NCBI GenBank assembly: GCA_964057225.1
Contig: OZ059897.1
Span: forward strand, 2,728,001-2,792,000
DNA: 64,000 nucleotides
Direction of reading: 5' to 3'
Source: Auanema rhodensis
Lineage: Eukaryota > Animalia > Nematoda
The notes beneath the pieces were generated by a model that had not been told where the DNA came from, ran no database searches, and worked only from the letters and a program-made list of their open reading frames with translations. Position 1 is the first letter of the stretch, and every line of letters begins with the position of its first letter. The position numbers and the translations under genes are program-made. Of the stretch, positions 11,001 through 24,890 are shown piece after piece.

Positions 11001-12960
11001 CACTAATGCATTATTTTTCAAACGATCATAACTAATTTTTGTATAGAGCGTTTCTCAATGTAGTATAGTGCATTCGATGCGGATTTTTAAGCTGCGTTGA
11101 TCTGTGTTATCAGATTTGAGTTAACTTAAAAATGCACCGAGATATCAACTTATATAAGTTCACACTTATATCCTCGATTTTCACCCTGAAGAAATAATTT
11201 TTTCGTTGAATAACATTGTCCATCGTCTTTGCCTTGAAAAAAGAAATCTAAAAACATCTACTTTTCGTGAAATTATTTAGAAATTTTTCGGGAAAATTTT
11301 TGTCACAATGTTTTTGGAAGCAATGTTAAGTGTACATGGGAACTCAACACACACTAATGCATTATTTTTCAAACGATCATAACTAATTTTTGTATTAAGC
11401 TTTTCTCAATGTAGTATAGTGCAGTCGATGCGGATTTTTAAGCTGCGTCGATCTGTGTTATCAGATTTGCGCTAGCTTAAAAATGCTCCGAGATATCAAC
11501 TTATATAAGTTCACACTTATATCCTCGATTTTAACCCTGAAGAATTAATTTTTTCGTTGAATAACATTGTCCATCGTCTTTGCCTTGAAAAGGGAATCTA
11601 AAAACATTTACTTTTTGTGAAATTATTCAGAAATTTTTCGGGAAAATTTTTGTCAAAATGTTTTTGGAAGCAATGTTGAGTGTACATGGGAACTCAACAT
11701 ACACTAATGCATTATTTTTCAAACGATCATAACTAATTTTTGTATAGAGCGTTCCTTAATGTAGTATAGTGCATTCGATGCGGATTTTTAAGCTGCGTTG
11801 ATCTGTGTTATCAGATTTGCGCTAGCTTAAAAATGCTCCGAGATATCAACTTATATAAGTTCACACTTATATCCTCGATTTTCACCCTGAAGAATTAATT
11901 TTTTCGTTGAATAACATTGTCCATCGTCTTTGCCTTGAAAAAAGAAATCTAAAAACTCCTACTTTTTGTGAAATTATGTAGAAATTTTTCGGGAAAATTT
12001 TTGTCAAAATGTTTTTGGAAGCAATGTTGAGTGTACATGGGAACTCAACATACACTAATGCATTATTTTTCAAACGATCATAACTAATTTTTGTATAGAG
12101 CGTTTCTCAATGTAGTATAGTGCATTCGATGCGGATTTTTAAGCTGCGTCGATCTTTGTTATCAGATTTGAGGTAGCTTAAAAATGCACCGAGATATCAA
12201 CTGATATATGTTCACACTTATATCCTCAATTTTCACCCTGAAGAAATGATTTTTTCGTTGAAAAACATTGTCCATCGTATTCGTCTTGAAAAAAGGAATC
12301 TAAAAACATCTACTTTTTGTGAAATTATTTAGAAATTTTTCGGGAAAATTTTTGTCAAAATGTTTTTGGAAGCAATGTTGAGTGCACATGGGAACTCAAC
12401 ATACACTAATGCATTATTTTTCAAACGATCATAACTAATTTTTGTATAGAGCGTTTCTCAATGTAGTATAGTGCATTCGATGCGGATTTTTAAGCTGCGT
12501 CGATCTGTGATATCAGATTTGAGTTAACTTAAAAATGCACCGAGATATCAACTGATATCTGTTCACACTTATATCCTCGATTTTCACCCTGAAGAAATGA
12601 TTTTTTCGTTGAAAAACATTGTCCATCGTCTTCGTCTTGAAAAAAGGAATCTAAAAACATCTACTTTTTGTGAAATTATTTAGAAATTTTTCGGGAAAAT
12701 TTTTGTCAAAATGTTTTTGGAAGCAATGTTGAGTGCACATGGGAACTCAACATACACTAATGCATTATTTTTCAAACGATCATAACTAATTTTTGTATAG
12801 AGCGTTTCTCAATGTCGTATAGTGCATTCGATGCGAATTTTTAAGCTGCGTTGATCTGTGTTATCTGATTTGAGTTAACTTAAAAATGCACCGAGATATC
12901 AACTGATATAGGTTCACACTTATATCCTCGATTTTCACCCTGAAGAAATGATTTTTTCGT
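8050..12960 (+). repeat. Copy 1 of a ~14-monomer block duplicated at offset 11,930 bp (34 monomers)
   Basis: Shared rare alleles: TTTTCTGGAA (9881/21811), CATCGCCTTT (10519/22449), GAAATAATT (11191/23121), GATCTTTGTT (12151/24081). ORF pairs: 9777/21707, 10843/22773, 11882/23812. Confidence 0.9.
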
Positions 12961-15339
12961 TGAATAACATTGTCCATAGTCTTTGTCTTGAAAAAAGAAA
13001 TCTAAAAACTCCTACTTTTTGTGAAATTATTTAGAAATTTTTCGGGAAAATTTTTGTCAAAATGTTTTTGGAAGCAATGTTGAGTGTACATGGGAACTCA
13101 ACATACACTAATGCATTATTTTTCAAACGATCATAACTAATTTTTGTATTGAGCGTTTCTCAATGTAGTATAGTGCTGTCGATGCGGATTTTTAAGCTGC
13201 GTTGATCTGTGTTATCAGATTTGAGTTAGCTTAAAAATGCACCGAGATATCAACTGATATAGGTTCACACTTATATCCTCGATTTTCACCCTGAAGAAAT
13301 GATTTTTTCGTTGAATAACATTGTCCATCGTCTTCGTCTTGAAAAAAGGAATCTAAAAACATCTACTTTTTGTGAAATTATTTAGAAATTTTTCGGGAAA
13401 ATTTTTGTCAAAATGTTTTTGGAAGCAATGTTGAGTGTACATGGGAACTCAACATACACTAATGCATTATTTTTCGAACGATCATAACTAATTTTTGTAT
13501 AGAGCGTTTCTCATTGTAGTATAGTGCATTCGATGCGGATTTTTAAGCTGCGTTGATCTGTGTTATCAGATTTGAGTTAACTTAAAAATGCACCGAGATA
13601 TCAACTGATATAGGTTCACACTTATATCCTCGATTTTCACCCTGAAGAAATGATTTTTTCGTTGAAAAACATTGTCCATCGTTTTCGTCTTGAAAAAAGG
13701 AATCTAAAAACATCTACTTTTTGTGAAATTATTTAGAAAGTTTTCGGGAAAATTTTTGTCAAAATGTTTTTGGAAGCAATGTTGAGTGTACATGGGAACT
13801 CAGCATACACTAATGCATTATTTTTCAAACGATCATAACTAATTTTTGTATGGAGCGTTTCTCAATGTAGTATAGTGCATTCGATGCGGATTTTTAAGCT
13901 GCGTTGATCTGTGTTATCAGATTTGAGTTAGCTTAAAAATGCACCGAGATATCAACTGATATAGGTTCACACTTATATCCTCGATTTTCACCCTGAAGAA
14001 ATGATTTTTTCGTTGAATAACATTGTCCATCGTCTTTGTCTTGAAAAAAGAAATCTAAAAACATCTACTTTTTGTGAAATTATTCAGAAATTTTTCGGGA
14101 AAATTTTTGTCAAAATGTTTTTGGAAGCAATGTTGAGTGTACATGGGAACTCAACATACACTAATGCATTATTTTTCAAACGATCATAACTAATTTTTGT
14201 ATAGAGCGTTTCTTAATGTAGTATAGTGCATTCGATGCGGATTTTTGAGCTGCGTCGATCTGTGATATCAGATTTGAGTTATTTTAAAAATGCACCGAGA
14301 TATCAACTGATATATGTTCTCACTTATATCCTCGATTTTCACCCTGAAGAAATGATTTTTTCGTTGAATAACATTGTCCATCGTCTTTGTCTTGAAAAAA
14401 GAAATCTAAAAACATCTACTTTTTGTGAAATTATTTAGAAATTTTTCGGGAAACTTTTTGTCAAAATGTTTTTGGAAGCAATGTTGAGTGTACATGGGAA
14501 CTCAACATACACTAATGCATTATTTTTCAAACGATCATAACTAAATTTTGTATAGAGCGTTTCTTAATGTAGTATAGTGCATTCGATGCGGATTTTTAAG
14601 CTGCGTTGATCTGTGTTATCAGATTTGCGCTAGCTTAAAAATGCTCCGAGATATCAACTTATATAAGTTCACACTTATATCCTCGATTTTCACCCTGAAG
14701 AATTAATTTTTTCGTTGAATAACATTGTCCATCGTCTTTGCCTTGAAAAAAGAAATATACAAACTCCTACTTTTTGTGAAATTATTTAGAAATTTTTCGG
14801 GAAAATTTTTGTCAAAATGTTTTTGGAAGCAATGTTGAGTGTACATGGGAACTCAACATACACTAATGCATTATTTTTCAAACGATCATAACTAATTTTT
14901 GTATAGAGCGTTTCTCATTGTAGTATAGTGCATTCGATGCGGATTTTTAAGCTGCGTCGATCTGTGTTATCAGATTTGCGCTAGCTTAAAAATGCTCCGA
15001 GATATCAACTTATATAAGTTCACACTTATATCCTCGATTTTCACCCTGAAGAATTAATTTTTTCGTTGAATAACATTGTCCATCGTCTTCGCCTTGAAAA
15101 AAGGAATCTAAAAACATTCACTTTTTGTGAAATTATTCAGAAATTTTTCGGGAAAATTTTTGTCAAAATGTTTTTGGAAGCAATGTTGAGTGTACATGGG
15201 AACTCAGCATACACTAATGCATTATTTTTCAAACGATCATAACTAATTTTTGTATAGAGCGTTTCTCAATGTAGTATAGTGCATTCGATGAGGATTTTTA
15301 AGCTGCGTCGATCTGTGTTATCAGATTTGAGGTAGCTTA

Positions 15340-18300
15340 AAAATGCACCGAGATATCAACTGATATATGTTCACACTTATATCCTCAATTTTCACCCTGA
15401 AGAAATGATTTTTTCGTTGAAAAACATTGTCCATCGTATTCGTCTTGAAAAAAAGAATCTAAAAACATCTACTTTTGTAAAATTATTTAGAAATTTTTCG
15501 GGAAAATTTTTGTCAAAATGTTTTTGGAAGCAATGTTGAGTGCACATGGGAACTCAACATACACTAATGCATTATTTTTCAAACTATCATAACTAATTTT
15601 TGTATAGAGCGTTTCTCAGTGTCCTATAGTGCATTCGATGCGAATTTTTAAGCTGCGTTGATCTGTGTTATCTCATTTGAGTTAACTTAAAAATGCACCG
15701 AGATATCAACTGATATAGGTTCACACTTATATCCTCGATTTTCACCCTGAAGAAATGATTTTTTCGTTGAAAAACATTGTCCATCGTCTTCGTCTTGAAA
15801 AAAGAAATCTAAAAACATCTACTTTTTGTGAAATTATTCAGAAATTTTTCGGGAAAATTTTTGTCAAAATGTTTTTGGAAGCAATGTTGAGTGTACATGG
15901 GAACTCAACATACACTAATGCATTATTTTTCAAACGATCATAACTAATTTTTGTATGGAGCGTTTCTCAATGTAGTATAGTGCATTCGATGCGGATTTTT
16001 AAGCTGCGTTGATCTGTGTTATCAGATTTGAGTTAGCTTAAAAATGCACCGAGATATCAGCTGATATATGTTCACACTTATATCCTGGATTTTCACCCTG
16101 AAGAAATGATTTTTTCGTTGAATAACATTGTCCATCGTCTTCGTCTTGAAAAAAGGAATCTAAAAACATCTACTTTTTGTGAAATTATTCAGAAATTTTT
16201 CGGGAAAATTTTTGTCAAAATGTTTTTGGAAGCAATGTTGAGTGTACATGGGAACTCAACATACACTAATGCATTATTTTTCAAACGATCATAACTAATT
16301 TTTGTATAGAGCGTTTCTTAATGTAGTATAGTGCATTCGATGCGGATTTTTAAGCTGCGTCGATCTGTGATATCAGATTTGAGTTAACTTAAAAATGCAC
16401 CGAGATATCAACTGATATATGTTCTCACTTATATCCTCGATTTTCACCCTGAAGAAATGATTTTTTCGTTGAATAACATTGTCCATCGTCTTTGTCTTGA
16501 AAAAAGAAATCTAAAAACATCTACTTTTTGTGAAATTATTTAGAAATTTTTCGGGAAACTTTTTGTCAAAATGTTTTTGGAAGCAATGTTGAGTGTACAT
16601 GGGAACTCAACATACACTAATGCATTATTTTTCAAACGATCATAACTAATTTTTGTATAGAGCGTTTCTCAATGTAGTATAGTGCATTCGATGCGGATTT
16701 TTAAGCTGCGTTGATCTGTGTTATCAGATTTGAGTTAGCTTAAAAATGCACCGAGATATCAACTGATATAGGTTCACACTTATATCCTCGATTTTCACCC
16801 TGAAGAATTAATTTTTTCGTTGAATAACATTGTCCATCGTCTTTGCCTTGAAAAAAGAAATCTAAAAACATCTACTTTTCGTGAAATTATTTAGAACTTT
16901 TTCGGGAAAATTTTTGTCACAATGTTTTTGGAAGCAATGTTAAGTGTACATGGGAACTCAACACACACTAATGCATTATTTTTCAAACGATCATAACTAA
17001 TTTTTGTATGGAGCGTTTCTCAATGTAGTATAGTGCATTCGATGCGGATTTTTAAGCTGCGTCGATCTGTGATATCAGATTTGAGTTAACTTAAAAATGC
17101 ACCGAGATATCAACTGATATATGTTCACACTTATATCCTCAATTTTCACCCTGAAGAAATGATTTTTTCGTTGAAAAACATTGTCCATCGTATTCGTCTT
17201 GAAAAAAAGAATCTAAAAACATCTACTTTTGTAAAATTATTTAGAAATTTTTCGGGAAAATTTTTGTCAAAATGTTTTTGGAAGCAATGTTGAGTGCACA
17301 TGGGAACTCAACATACACTAATGCATTATTTTTCAAACTATCATAACTAATTTTTGTATAGAGCGTTTCTCAGTGTCCTATAGTGCATTCGATGCGAATT
17401 TTTAAGCTGCGTTGATCTGTGTTATCTCATTTGAGTTAACTTAAAAATGCACCGAGATATCAACTGATATAGGTTCACACTTATATCCTCGATTTTCACC
17501 CTGAAGAAATGATTTTTTCGTTGAAAAACATTGTCCATCGTCTTCGTCTTGAAAAAAGAAATCTAAAAACATCTACTTTTTGTGAAATTATTCAGAAATT
17601 TTTCGGGAAAATTTTTGTCAAAATGTTTTTGGAAGCAATGTTGAGTGTACATGGGAACTCAACATACACTAATGCATTATTTTTCAAACGATCATAACTA
17701 ATTTTTGTATGGAGCGTTTCTCAATGTAGTATAGTGCATTCGATGCGGATTTTTAAGCTGCGTTGATCTGTGTTATCAGATTTGAGTTAGCTTAAAAATG
17801 CACCGAGATATCAGCTGATATATGTTCACACTTATATCCTGGATTTTCACCCTGAAGAAATGATTTTTTCGTTGAATAACATTGTCCATCGTCTTCGTCT
17901 TGAAAAAAGGAATCTAAAAACATCTACTTTTTGTGAAATTATTCAGAAATTTTTCGGGAAAATTTTTGTCAAAATGTTTTTGGAAGCAATGTTGAGTGTA
18001 CATGGGAACTCAACATACACTAATGCATTATTTTTCAAACGATCATAACTAATTTTTGTATAGAGCGTTTCTTAATGTAGTATAGTGCATTCGATGCGGA
18101 TTTTTAAGCTGCGTCGATCTGTGATATCAGATTTGAGTTAACTTAAAAATGCACCGAGATATCAACTGATATATGTTCTCACTTATATCCTCGATTTTCA
18201 CCCTGAAGAAATGATTTTTTCGTTGAATAACATTGTCCATCGTCTTTGTCTTGAAAAAAGAAATCTAAAAACATCTACTTTTTGTGAAATTATTTAGAAA

Positions 18301-19813
18301 TTTTTCGGGAAACTTTTTGTCAAAATGTTTTTGGAAGCAATGTTGAGTGTACATGGGAACTCAACATACACTAATGCATTATTTTTCAAACGATCATAAC
18401 TAATTTTTGTATAGAGCGTTTCTCAATGTAGTATAGTGCATTCGATGCGGATTTTTAAGCTGCGTTGATCTGTGTTATCAGATTTGAGTTAGCTTAAAAA
18501 TGCACCGAGATATCAACTGATATAGGTTCACACTTATATCCTCGATTTTCACCCTGAAGAATTAATTTTTTCGTTGAATAACATTGTCCATCGTCTTTGC
18601 CTTGAAAAAAGAAATCTAAAAACATCTACTTTTCGTGAAATTATTTAGAACTTTTTCGGGAAAATTTTTGTCACAATGTTTTTGGAAGCAATGTTAAGTG
18701 TACATGGGAACTCAACACACACTAATGCATTATTTTTCAAACGATCATAACTAATTTTTGTATGGAGCGTTTCTCAATGTAGTATAGTGCATTCGATGCG
18801 GATTTTTAAGCTGCGTTGATCTGTGTTATCAGATTTGAGTTAGCTTAAAAATGCACCGAGATATCAGCTGATATATGTTCACACTTATATCCTGGATTTT
18901 CACCCTGAAGAAATGATTTTTTCGTTGAATAACATTGTCCATCGTCTTCGTCTTGAAAAAAGGAATCTAAAAACATCTACTTTTTGTGAAATTATTCAGA
19001 AATTTTTCGGGAAAATTTTTGTCAAAATGTTTTTGGAAGCAATGTTGAGTGTACATGGGAACTCAACATACACTAATGCATTATTTTTCAAACGATCATA
19101 ACTAATTTTTGTATAGAGCGTTTCTTAATGTAGTATAGTGCATTCGATGCGGATTTTTAAGCTGCGTCGATCTGTGATATCAGATTTGAGTTAACTTAAA
19201 AATGCACCGAGATATCAACTGATATATGTTCTCACTTATATCCTCGATTTTCACCCTGAAGAAATGATTTTTTCGTTGAATAACATTGTCCATCGTCTTT
19301 GTCTTGAAAAAAGAAATCTAAAAACATCTACTTTTTGTGAAATTATTTAGAAATTTTTCGGGAAACTTTTTGTCAAAATGTTTTTGGAAGCAATGTTGAG
19401 TGTACATGGGAACTCAACATACACTAATGCATTATTTTTCAAACGATCATAACTAATTTTTGTATAGAGCGTTTCTCAATGTAGTATAGTGCATTCGATG
19501 CGGATTTTTAAGCTGCGTTGATCTGTGTTATCAGATTTGAGTTAGCTTAAAAATGCACCGAGATATCAACTGATATAGGTTCACACTTATATCCTCGATT
19601 TTCACCCTGAAGAATTAATTTTTTCGTTGAATAACATTGTCCATCGTCTTTGCCTTGAAAAAAGAAATCTAAAAACATCTACTTTTCGTGAAATTATTTA
19701 GAACTTTTTCGGGAAAATTTTTGTCACAATGTTTTTGGAAGCAATGTTAAGTGTACATGGGAACTCAACACACACTAATGCATTATTTTTCAAACGATCA
19801 TAACTAATTTTTG
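15340..19813 (+). repeat. Nested recent tandem duplications: 5-mer (offset 1754) followed by 3-mer (offset 1053)
   Basis: Private alleles CCTGGATT (about 16084, 17838, 18891), AGAACTTTT (about 16893, 18647, 19700) and CTCAGTGTCC (about 15615, 17369). Confidence 0.88.
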
Positions 19814-19979
19814 TATTAAGCTTTTCTCAATGTAGTATAGTGCAGTCGATGCGGATTTTTAAGCTGCGTCGATCTGTATTATCAGATTTGCGCTAGCTTA
19901 AAAATGCTCCGAGATATCAACTTATATAAGTTCACACTTATATCCTCGATTTTCACCCTGAAGAATTGATTTTTTCGTT

Positions 19980-22900
19980 GAATAACATTGTCCATCGTCT
20001 TTGCCTTGAAAAAAGGAATCTAAAAACATTTACTTTTTGTGAAATTATTCAGAAATTTTTCGGGAAAATTTTTATCAAAATGTTTTTGGAAGCAATGTTG
20101 AGTGTACATGGGAACTCAACATACACTAATGCATTATTTTTCAAACGATCATAACTAATTTTTGTATAGAGCGTTTCTCAATGTAGTATAGTGCATTCGA
20201 TGCGGATTTTTAAGCTGCGTCGATCTGTGTTATCAGATTTGAGTTAGCTTAAAAATGCACCGAGATATCAACTGATATAGGTTCACACTTATATCCTCGA
20301 TTTTCACCCTGAAGAAATGATTTTTTCGTTGAATAACATTGTCCATCGTCTTCGTCTTGAAAAAAAAAATCTAAAAACATCTACTTTTTGTGAAATTATT
20401 CAGAAATTTTTCGGGAAAATTTTTGTCAAAATGTTTTTGGAAGCAATGTTGAGTGTACATGGGAACTCAACATACACTAATGCATTATTTTTCAAACGAT
20501 CATAACTAATTTTTGTATAGAGCGTTTCTCAATGTAGTATAGTGCATTCGATGCGGATTTTTAAGCTGCGTTGATCTGTGTTATCAGATTTGAGTTAACT
20601 TAAAAATGCACCGAGATATCAACTGATATATGTTCACACTTATATCCTCGATTTTCACCCTGAAGAAATGATTTTTTCGTTGAATAACATTGTCCATCGT
20701 CTTTGCCTTGAAAAAAGAAATCTAAAAACTCCTACTTTTTGTGAAATTATTTAGAAATTTTTCGGGAAAATTTTTGTCAAAATGTTTTTGGAAGCAATGT
20801 TGAGTGTACATGGGAACTCAACATACACTAATGCATTATTTTTCAAACGATCATAACTAATTTTTGTATAGAGCGTTTCTTAATGTAGTATAGTGCATTC
20901 GATGCGGATTTTTAAGCTGCGTTGATCTGTGTTATCAGATTTGCGCTAGCTTAAAAATGCTCCGAGATATCAACTTATATAAGTTCACACTTATATCCTC
21001 GATTTTCACCCTGAAGAATTAATTTTTTCGTTGAATAACATTGTCCATCGTCTTTGCCTTGAAAAAAGAAATCTAAAAACATCTACTTTTTGTGAAATTA
21101 TTTAGAAATTTTTCGGGAAAATTTTTGTCACAATGTTTTTGGAAGCAATGTTAAGTGTACATGGGAACTCAACACACACTAATGCATTATTTTTCAAACG
21201 ATCATAACTAATTTTTGTATTAAGCTTTTCTCAATGTAGTATAGTGCAGTCGATGCGGATTTTTAAGCTGCGTCGATCTGTGTTATCAGATTTGCGCTAG
21301 CTTAAAAATGCTCCGAGATATCAACTTATATAAGTTCACACTTATATCCTCGATTTTAACCCTGAAGAATTAATTTTTTCGTTGAATAACATTGTCCATC
21401 GTCTTTGCCTTGAAAAGGGAATCTAAAAACATTTACTTTTTGTGAAATTATTCAGAAATTTTTCGGGAAAATTTTTGTCAAAATGTTTTTGGAAGCAATG
21501 TTGAGTGTACATGGGAACTCAACATACACTAATGCATTATTTTTCAAACGATCATAACTAATTTTTGTATAGAGCGTTCCTTAATGTAGTATAGTGCATT
21601 CGATGCGGATTTTTAAGCTGCGTTGATCTGTGTTATCAGATTTGCGCTAGCTTAAAAATGCTCCGAGATATCAACTTATATAAGTTCACACTTATATCCT
21701 CGATTTTCACCCTGAAGAATTAATTTTTTCGTTGAATAACATTGTCCATCGTCTTTGCCTTGAAAAAAGAAATCTAAAAACTCCTACTTTTTGTGAAATT
21801 ATGTAGAAATTTTTCTGGAAAATTTTTGTCAAAATGTTTTTGGAAGCAATGTTGAGTGTACATGGGAACTCAACATACACTAATGCATTATTTTTCAAAC
21901 GATCATAACTAATTTTTGTATAGAGCGTTTCTCAATGTAGTATAGTGCATTCGATGCGGATTTTTAAGCTGCGTCGATCTGTGTTATCAGATTTGAGGTA
22001 GCTTAAAAATGCACCGAGATATCAACTGATATATGTTCACACTTATATCCTCGATTTTCACCCTGAAGAAATGATTTTTTCGTTGAATAACATTGTCCAT
22101 CGTCTTTGTCTTGAAAAAAGAAATCTAAAAACATCTACTTTTTGTGAAATTATTTAGAAATTTTTCGGGAAAATTGTTGTCAAAATGTTTTTGGAAGCAA
22201 TGTTGAGTGCACATGGGAACTCAACATACACTAATGCATTATTTTTCAAACGATCATAACTAATTTTTGTATAGAGCGTTTCTCAATGTCGTATAGTGCA
22301 TTCGATGCGAATTTTTAAGCTGCGTTGATCTGTGTTATCTGATTTGAGTTAACTTAAAAATGCACCGAGATATCAACTGATATATGTTCACACTTATATC
22401 CTCGATTTTCACCCTGAAGAATTAATTTTTTCGTTAAATAACATTGTCCATCGCCTTTGCCTTGAAAAAAGGAATCTAAAAACATCTACTTTTTGTGAAA
22501 TTATTCAGAAATTTTTCGGGAAAATTTTTGTCAAAATGTTTTTGGAAGCAATGTTGAGTGTACATGGGAACTCAACATACACTAATGCATTATTTTTCAA
22601 ACGATCATAACTAATTTTTGTATAGAGCGTTTCTCAATGTAGTATAGTGCATTCGATGCGGATTTTTAAGCTGCGTCGATCTGTGTTATCAGATTTGAGT
22701 TAGCTTAAAAATGCACCGAGATATCAACTGATATAGGTTCACACTTATATCCTCGATTTTCACCCTGAAGAAATGATTTTTTCGTTGAATAACATTGTCC
22801 ATCGTCTTCGTCTTGAAAAAAAAAATCTAAAAACATCTACTTTTTGTGAAATTATTCAGAAATTTTTCGGGAAAATTTTTGTCAAAATGTTTTTGGAAGC

Positions 22901-24890
22901 AATGTTGAGTGTACATGGGAACTCAACATACACTAATGCATTATTTTTCAAACGATCATAACTAATTTTTGTATAGAGCGTTTCTCAATGTAGTATAGTG
23001 CATTCGATGCGGATTTTTAAGCTGCGTTGATCTGTGTTATCAGATTTGAGTTAACTTAAAAATGCACCGAGATATCAACTTATATAAGTTCACACTTATA
23101 TCCTCGATTTTCACCCTGAAGAAATAATTTTTTCGTTGAATAACATTGTCCATCGTCTTTGCCTTGAAAAAAGAAATCTAAAAACATCTACTTTTTGTGA
23201 AATTATTTAGAAATTTTTCGGGAAAATTTTTGTCACAATGTTTTTGGAAGCAATGTTAAGTGTACATGGGAACTCAACACACACTAATGCATTATTTTTC
23301 AAACGATCATAACTAATTTTTGTATTAAGCTTTTCTCAATGTAGTATAGTGCAGTCGATGCGGATTTTTAAGCTGCGTCGATCTGTGTTATCAGATTTGC
23401 GCTAGCTTAAAAATGCTCCGAGATATCAACTTATATAAGTTCACACTTATATCCTCGATTTTAACCCTGAAGAATTAATTTTTTCGTTGAATAACATTGT
23501 CCATCGTCTTTGCCTTGAAAAGGGAATCTAAAAACATTTACTTTTTGTGAAATTATTCAGAAATTTTTCGGGAAAATTTTTGTCAAAATGTTTTTGGAAG
23601 CAATGTTGAGTGTACATGGGAACTCAACATACACTAATGCATTATTTTTCAAACGATCATAACTAATTTTTGTATAGAGCGTTCCTTAATGTAGTATAGT
23701 GCATTCGATGCGGATTTTTAAGCTGCGTTGATCTGTGTTATCAGATTTGCGCTAGCTTAAAAATGCTCCGAGATATCAACTTATATAAGTTCACACTTAT
23801 ATCCTCGATTTTCACCCTGAAGAATTAATTTTTTCGTTGAATAACATTGTCCATCGTCTTTGCCTTGAAAAAAGAAATCTAAAAACTCCTACTTTTTGTG
23901 AAATTATGTAGAAATTTTTCGGGAAAATTTTTGTCAAAATGTTTTTGGAAGCAATGTTGAGTGTACATGGGAACTCAACATACACTAATGCATTATTTTT
24001 CAAACGATCATAACTAATTTTTGTATAGAGCGTTTCTCAATGTAGTATAGTGCATTCGATGCGGATTTTTAAGCTGCGTCGATCTTTGTTATCAGATTTG
24101 AGGTAGCTTAAAAATGCACCGAGATATCAACTGATATATGTTCACACTTATATCCTCAATTTTCACCCTGAAGAAATGATTTTTTCGTTGAAAAACATTG
24201 TCCATCGTATTCGTCTTGAAAAAAGGAATCTAAAAACATCTACTTTTTGTGAAATTATTTAGAAATTTTTCGGGAAAATTTTTGTCAAAATGTTTTTGGA
24301 AGCAATGTTGAGTGCACATGGGAACTCAACATACACTAATGCATTATTTTTCAAACGATCATAACTAATTTTTGTATAGAGCGTTTCTCAATGTAGTATA
24401 GTGCATTCGATGCGGATTTTTAAGCTGCGTCGATCTGTGATATCAGATTTGAGTTAACTTAAAAATGCACCGAGATATCAACTGATATATGTTCACACTT
24501 ATATCCTCGATTTTCACCCTGAAGAAATGATTTTTTCGTTGAAAAACATTGTCCATCGTCTTCGTCTTGAAAAAAGGAATCTAAAAACATCTACTTTTTG
24601 TGAAATTATTTAGAAATTTTTCGGGAAAATTTTTGTCAAAATGTTTTTGGAAGCAATGTTGAGTGCACATGGGAACTCAACATACACTAATGCATTATTT
24701 TTCAAACGATCATAACTAATTTTTGTATAGAGCGTTTCTCAATGTCGTATAGTGCATTCGATGCGAATTTTTAAGCTGCGTTGATCTGTGTTATCTGATT
24801 TGAGTTAACTTAAAAATGCACCGAGATATCAACTGATATAGGTTCACACTTATATCCTCGATTTTCACCCTGAAGAAATGATTTTTTCGT
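19980..24890 (+). repeat. Copy 2 of the ~14-monomer block (matches 8050-12960)
   Basis: Same ordered rare alleles as copy 1, with only about six differences seen by eye. Confidence 0.9.

Larger units (their letters stand above)
1..23824 (+). repeat. Left sub-domain containing all nine 350-bp (1-bp deletion) monomers
   Basis: 350-bp monomers start at 1019, 5230, 15405, 17159 (TACTTTTGTAAAATT type), 9440, 11545, 21370, 23475 (GAAAAGGGAATC type) and 8388 (ATTATTTTCAAAC). Arithmetic check: 23825-317 = 67x351-9. Confidence 0.92.

Noticed and set aside
14226-14438. 70-aa ORF
   Set aside because: It is created by two private substitutions removing stops in one monomer, and it ends at the usual TAG.
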